Shown here piece by piece: positions 59,268 through 64,000 of a stretch of DNA of 64,000 nucleotides. The DNA lies in the IMG/VR virus record IMGVR_UViG_3300046787_000200, positions 1 through 64,000 of that record; one strand, 5' to 3'. The position numbers and the translations under genes are program-made. Each line of letters begins with the position of its first letter. Position 1 is the first letter of the stretch. Under the pieces are notes generated by a model. That model was given only the letters and a program-made list of their open reading frames with translations, did no database searches and was not told the DNA's origin.

Positions 59268-60664
59268 CAAATAAAATAATGCCAATATGGGGAACGGATG
59301 CTAAACCAGATCCAAATAGCCCCAATAAAGTATTTTGTATGGCTCCGTGGACACATACCTACATTAGCCCACAAAGCGAACGTAGGATGTGCTGTGCATC
59401 ACGTGAAGAACATAGTTTTCAGAAACAATACATTGATAGTAGCAATGATGAAAAATATGGTGAAGTCAAAGAATCTAAAACGTCACTAGACGCATACAAG
59501 CCGGTCAGTTTGAAAGAACACTGGAATAGTGATTACATGAAAGATATTCGTGTAAAACTAATGCGCGGTGAAGAGATCCCTCAATGTGACGTATGTAATC
59601 ATAATCTGTTGATGGAGGGTGAAAGCTACCGCGGATGGTTTACTGGTGTATTGTTTAAAGACAAGATACAACAGGCATTTGACAGCACAGATGATACTGG
59701 TCACACAACAATGGAGCCTATCTCATTTGACTATCGATTTAGTAATCTATGCAACTTCAAATGTCGCATGTGTGGTGAGCAATTGTCCAGTACATGGGAA
59801 ACTGAAAAGAAAGTTCACAATATGTGGACTGAGAAGAATCAGCCCTTTATGGTTCCTGAAATAAAATCTGCAATGCAAGACTTTCAGCAGAACGTTGTTG
59901 AACCAGAGTTCCGTGATGCAGTAAGTCGTGGCATAGTTGAAGAAATGTATTGGGTTGGTGGTGAGCCATTGATGTATGATGTGCATTGGTGGACACTAGA
60001 AGAAATGCTAAAGAATGGCAGTGCTAAGAATTGCTATATGCGTTACAATAGTAACTTAAGTCGTGTACAATTTGGACAAAAGAACTTGTATGACTATCTA
60101 CCTCACTACAAAGATTGGATGATGTGTGCAAGTATTGATGGTACAGGTGAGATTGTAGAATACATCCGTACGGGTATTAAATGGGATAAATGGCTAGATA
60201 ACTTTAAACAAGGATTAGCATTACCCGGCGGCAAAGATAAGATGAAGTTAGACTTAACTATCACTGCCCCAGGAATGTTCTCGTTGAAAGAATTGTTTGA
60301 CTTAAGTATTGAGTTAGATGTTGAAATCATTACTAAGATTACATTTGCATTTCACCCTGATATCATGTGGAGTCCAACTAGTTGGCCACGTGAGATACTA
60401 AATGAAATGGTAGATGATATCATTAATTATTGTCAGCCAAGAGCTACATGGAAGCAACGTAGCTTTATTAGCAACTTACAGGCATTAAAAGATAGTCGCA
60501 AGACACATGAAGAAGAATGGCCAGATACATATAAAACAGCAAGATTGAATGGTAAACGTTGGGTTGAACATTTAGAAAAGATACGCGGTGATGAAAAAGT
60601 CACAATGCGTAATATATATAGTCGCAACCCTAAATTATTAACATGGTGGGATAGTATACAATGA
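59264..60664 (+). CDS. Radical SAM protein with N-terminal twitch domain, copy 3
   Basis: CNFKCRMC and WVGGEP; N-terminal CMAPW...MCC...CDVC. Confidence 0.9.
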   Translation: MTNKIMPIWGTDAKPDPNSPNKVFCMAPWTHTYISPQSERRMCCASREEHSFQKQYIDSSNDEKYGEVKESKTSLDAYKPVSLKEHWNSDYMKDIRVKLMRGEEIPQCDVCNHNLLMEGESYRGWFTGVLFKDKIQQAFDSTDDTGHTTMEPISFDYRFSNLCNFKCRMCGEQLSSTWETEKKVHNMWTEKNQPFMVPEIKSAMQDFQQNVVEPEFRDAVSRGIVEEMYWVGGEPLMYDVHWWTLEEMLKNGSAKNCYMRYNSNLSRVQFGQKNLYDYLPHYKDWMMCASIDGTGEIVEYIRTGIKWDKWLDNFKQGLALPGGKDKMKLDLTITAPGMFSLKELFDLSIELDVEIITKITFAFHPDIMWSPTSWPREILNEMVDDIINYCQPRATWKQRSFISNLQALKDSRKTHEEEWPDTYKTARLNGKRWVEHLEKIRGDEKVTMRNIYSRNPKLLTWWDSIQ

Positions 60665-61356
60665 GTAAAAATATTTTAGTAGTAGGTGGTGGCACACCGG
60701 GTAAGTTTGGAAATCAATTTGTTAAAAAAGCTAGAGATGATGGACATCGTGTAGTAAATTTCTCGCATAAGGATCATAATACTGGACATATAGACGATAG
60801 ACATATCAACTATAATGACATTAGACAAGTTAAAAATAAATGTGCAGAATTATCAACTGAAATGCCAGTAATTGATATTATCCTGTTCAACCAAAATGGA
60901 GCGGGATATCCCGGAACAGTTGAACAATTATTTAAAGAACCAAATTTACTTGAATATAATCAAACAATAACTAGAGCAGTAACTGTACCTCATCAGATTA
61001 TTGCATCGTTGTATAACAACTTAATCCCTGGTAGTAGAGTAGTATATATGGGTTCTACTATGTCATTCTTATACGAACGTGAAAATTACACAGAACATGT
61101 AGGCTACCCTAGTGCTAAATCATTTGCTATGCATTTAATATCAGCTATGGCAAAAGGTAGAACTAAAGAAATTACATTTAGTTGTATGTGTCCTTATTTC
61201 TTATATGATAAACCAGACTTGTATGAAAACATTTTTGACCAAACGTACAGCTACATCTTAACACATGATGATAGTTTTAATGGAAAAATAGTAAATCAAT
61301 TAAACGGCTTTGAGAATCCATACGTGCCGGGTAAAGTAACTTATGCAAAACAATGA
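60661..61356 (+). CDS. Short-chain dehydrogenase/reductase
   Basis: Rossmann ILVVGGGTPGKFG, ILFNQNG, catalytic Ser in YMGS, and YPSAK (YxxxK). Confidence 0.75.
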   Translation: MSKNILVVGGGTPGKFGNQFVKKARDDGHRVVNFSHKDHNTGHIDDRHINYNDIRQVKNKCAELSTEMPVIDIILFNQNGAGYPGTVEQLFKEPNLLEYNQTITRAVTVPHQIIASLYNNLIPGSRVVYMGSTMSFLYERENYTEHVGYPSAKSFAMHLISAMAKGRTKEITFSCMCPYFLYDKPDLYENIFDQTYSYILTHDDSFNGKIVNQLNGFENPYVPGKVTYAKQ

Positions 61357-62563
61357 TGACACATGGTGCGTATTGCCATGGTCACATCTATATGTAGGAC
61401 CTAATGGTAAAATTGCACCTTGCTGTGTAGGTAAAACATTGGGTGAGTACGGAGATACTACCTTAGAAGAAGCATGGAACAGTGATGCCATGAAACAATT
61501 ACGCATAGACATGACAAATGGCGTAAAAAATGATATATGTTCATCCTGCTATAAAAAAGAAGATATGGGATTTAAGTCAATGAGACAGAATTCCAATGTC
61601 ACAATGAAAGATGTTGCAGACGTAGTTAGGACAACCTCAAATAGTGATGGATCAATTGACGAATTTAAATTGTACTATTTAGATTTACGATTTAATAATC
61701 TTTGTAATTTTAAATGTAGAACATGTAATCCATTCTTTAGTAGTTCGGTTGCAGTTGAGCATATGCAAAACACCTCATTGAAAAAATTTCACAAAACGCC
61801 AGAACGTGGTATTATTCAAAACAACAATATACTTTCAGAAATAGAAAAACAATATCCCAATGTAACTAGAATATATTTTGCAGGTGGCGAGCCAATGATG
61901 CAAGAAGAACATTGGAACATTTTAAAGTATTATGTTGATAATGATACTGCTAAAAATGTAGGTCTAGTATATTCTACTAACACTAGTAGATTAACATATA
62001 AAACCAATTCAGTATTTGACTATTGGAAACACTTTAAAAGTGTACATGTACAAACAAGTATTGATGCTGAAGGTAAAAGAGCAGAATATTGGAGAGACGG
62101 TACTGTTTGGGAAGACATACTTACTAATATAAAACTTATTAAAGAAAGCAAAGTTCAATGGTCTATACATAGTGTAATCTCTTGGGCTAATGTTTATAGC
62201 TATGTAGAATTAGTTAAAACATTATTACAAGAAAAATTATCACTCGGGTATAATTTTACCATATGGTGCTTAGATGAAAGCCATGAATTTAACTTACAAG
62301 AATTACCTGACTTTAAAAAACAAGAAATAGCAAGTATGCTAGATACATTTATTGTAGAGTTAGAAGATGGTAAATTTGGTAGATATTTAGGTGAACCTGT
62401 AATAAAAACAAATATAGAAAATATTAAAATGTTTATGTTTGCTAAATCAATACCTATAAATAAAGAAAAATTTGAAAAACATTTCATACTAGATGGTATA
62501 AGAAATAAGGATTTCTTTGAGTACTTCCCCGAACATGAAAACATGAGAGAATATATACAATGA
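61343..62563 (+). CDS. Radical SAM protein with N-terminal twitch domain, copy 4
   Basis: CNFKCRTC and FAGGEP; N-terminal CVLPW...PCC...CSSC. Confidence 0.9.
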   Translation: MQNNDDTWCVLPWSHLYVGPNGKIAPCCVGKTLGEYGDTTLEEAWNSDAMKQLRIDMTNGVKNDICSSCYKKEDMGFKSMRQNSNVTMKDVADVVRTTSNSDGSIDEFKLYYLDLRFNNLCNFKCRTCNPFFSSSVAVEHMQNTSLKKFHKTPERGIIQNNNILSEIEKQYPNVTRIYFAGGEPMMQEEHWNILKYYVDNDTAKNVGLVYSTNTSRLTYKTNSVFDYWKHFKSVHVQTSIDAEGKRAEYWRDGTVWEDILTNIKLIKESKVQWSIHSVISWANVYSYVELVKTLLQEKLSLGYNFTIWCLDESHEFNLQELPDFKKQEIASMLDTFIVELEDGKFGRYLGEPVIKTNIENIKMFMFAKSIPINKEKFEKHFILDGIRNKDFFEYFPEHENMREYIQ

Positions 62564-63738
62564 GTAACACTCTATGCGTATTGCCCTGGATGCATTTAGC
62601 CACACACCCAAACGGTGGTGCAAGTCTTTGTTGTCGCAGTAATCACACTGATGCAATTAGTTGGGCAAAGAAAACAGATAGTCACAATCTAGTTATGCTA
62701 GATAATGATAGTGTTTCCGATATAATGAACAGCGACAAGTTTGTTGAAGTAAGGCAAGCTATGATTGATGGAAAACGTCCAATTGAATGTGAAGGATGTT
62801 GGAGTGATGAAGATAAAGGCATTAAAAGCAAACGACAATATGAGAATGAGCGTTGGGCACACATTATCCCTAAACTTGAAAAATCAGCGAAACTACAAGA
62901 CATTAATTTAATATATGTGGAACTACGTTTGGGTAATGTGTGCAACAATGCCTGCTTAACTTGTAACAGTTATAGCAGTACTAAGTGGTATCCAGATGAA
63001 AAGAAGATATCAAATGATTTACCTTGGTTTCAACTACGACCAATGGAAAACTTTAAGTGGTTTGAGAAAGAAGAATTCTACTATGACTTAGCAAACAAAA
63101 GTAAGTCTGTAGAAGAAATCTATATCAACGGTGGCGAACCTACAATGATTAAGGCTCACTTTGAATACTTAAAGCACTTGATTACATTGGGTACAGCACA
63201 GAATGTTCACTTAGTTTATAGTTTGAACATGATGGATATACCAGACAGATTGATTGAGTTGTGGAAAGATTTTAAACAAGTTACAGTTAATGCAAGCATT
63301 GATGATTTAGGTGAACGTAACTATTATATTCGATATCCAAGTAAGTGGGAAGAAACAGTTGCAAGTATAGATAAATTAAATAAACTATCTAATGTCAATT
63401 GGCATGTAACACAAACTGTTAGCATACTAAACATATATCATTTAGCAGAATTTGGACATTGGCTTGAGACAAACTACAACAAGACACCTCATCATAATTA
63501 TGTACTGTACCCTGATTATTTGAGCATTGCGGCATTGCCCGATTATTATAAAGAAGAATTACGTAGTCATTATTCAAATAGATTACATGAATGGCAACGT
63601 AAAGATTTGTTTAATAAATTGCATGAGCCTTACCAACCCGACTTGCTAAAGAAAGCAAAAGAGTTTATACTAGCAGTTGACAAAGCACGTGGATTAGATT
63701 ATAAAAACTATATACCGGAACTAAAAGACATACTATGA
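62560..63738 (+). CDS. Radical SAM protein with N-terminal twitch domain, copy 5
   Basis: CNNACLTC and INGGEP; N-terminal CVLPW...LCC...CEGC. Confidence 0.9.
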   Translation: MSNTLCVLPWMHLATHPNGGASLCCRSNHTDAISWAKKTDSHNLVMLDNDSVSDIMNSDKFVEVRQAMIDGKRPIECEGCWSDEDKGIKSKRQYENERWAHIIPKLEKSAKLQDINLIYVELRLGNVCNNACLTCNSYSSTKWYPDEKKISNDLPWFQLRPMENFKWFEKEEFYYDLANKSKSVEEIYINGGEPTMIKAHFEYLKHLITLGTAQNVHLVYSLNMMDIPDRLIELWKDFKQVTVNASIDDLGERNYYIRYPSKWEETVASIDKLNKLSNVNWHVTQTVSILNIYHLAEFGHWLETNYNKTPHHNYVLYPDYLSIAALPDYYKEELRSHYSNRLHEWQRKDLFNKLHEPYQPDLLKKAKEFILAVDKARGLDYKNYIPELKDIL

Positions 63739-64000
63739 TACCAATTATACCAGACAAAATTAAAGACTCATTCTGTTCAGCTAAGTGGCTGATGGCTACT
63801 ATGCACTTTGGTATGGGTGAAAATCATAGTTGCTATCACCCACCTATTCATCGCTGGAACTTAGAAGATGTAAAACGTGATCCTAGTATGCTACATAATA
63901 CACAGCATAAGATTGAACAACGCAGACAGATGATGAATGGCGAGAAGCCAAAAGAATGTTACTATTGCTTTGACATGGAAGCAATCAATCCAGATGTTAT
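63735..64000 (+). CDS. Radical SAM protein with N-terminal twitch domain, copy 6 (partial, runs off the right edge)
   Basis: Hand translation gives MIPIIPDKIKDSFCSAKWLMATMHFGMGENHSCYHPP...KPKECYYCF, the same twitch type as copies 1 and 2; ATGA overlap. Confidence 0.85.
   Translation, partial: MIPIIPDKIKDSFCSAKWLMATMHFGMGENHSCYHPPIHRWNLEDVKRDPSMLHNTQHKIEQRRQMMNGEKPKECYYCFDMEAINPDV

Noticed and set aside
586-62948. Many 60-250 aa ORFs in the track lying antisense or out of frame inside real genes (for example 10386-11126 and 4581-4934)
   Set aside because: They are shadows of biased codon usage, with no RBS, promoter or recognisable motif.
152-63738. None of the roughly 40 complete genes I checked ends in TAG, raising the possibility of amber recoding
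   Set aside because: Long ORFs, including the 6291-aa one, are intact under the standard code with no in-frame TAG. TAG is rare in AT-rich phages anyway, and no suppressor tRNA is visible.
1-64000. CRISPR array, diversity-generating retroelement, transposase or intein
   Set aside because: No regularly spaced identical DNA repeats, reverse transcriptase, transposase or intein motifs were seen. The repeats present are divergent protein-level repeats.

Overview
This 64-kb window comes from a large, AT-rich T4-like myovirus (tailed dsDNA phage, standard genetic code). From left to right it holds: (1) two paralogous Gly/Asn-rich fibre genes, a degenerate HNH-like gene and a DUF6165-like gene; (2) a minus-strand head module (tape measure with lysozyme, portal gp20, a small internal protein, gp67-like core, protease gp21, scaffold gp22, major capsid gp23); (3) gp26/gp51-like hub genes, a hairpin-dense 510-bp non-coding element, a Holliday-junction resolvase, gp46/gp47, an inserted GT32 glycosyltransferase and a gp55-like late sigma factor; (4) a plus-strand baseplate/tail module (tube initiator, gp53, hub, extended gp5 spike, gp25, gp6, a 6291-aa modular protein, fibres); (5) one tightly coupled operon behind a late-type promoter, encoding three glycosyltransferase-like proteins, a SAM methyltransferase, an SDR and at least six tandem radical SAM paralogues with N-terminal twitch domains, running off the right end. 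The strongest candidates for new biology are this possible virion glycan-tailoring operon, the structured non-coding element at 13151-13660, and a set of late promoters placed so that transcripts would be leaderless. All product calls come from motifs and synteny read by eye; no database search was run.
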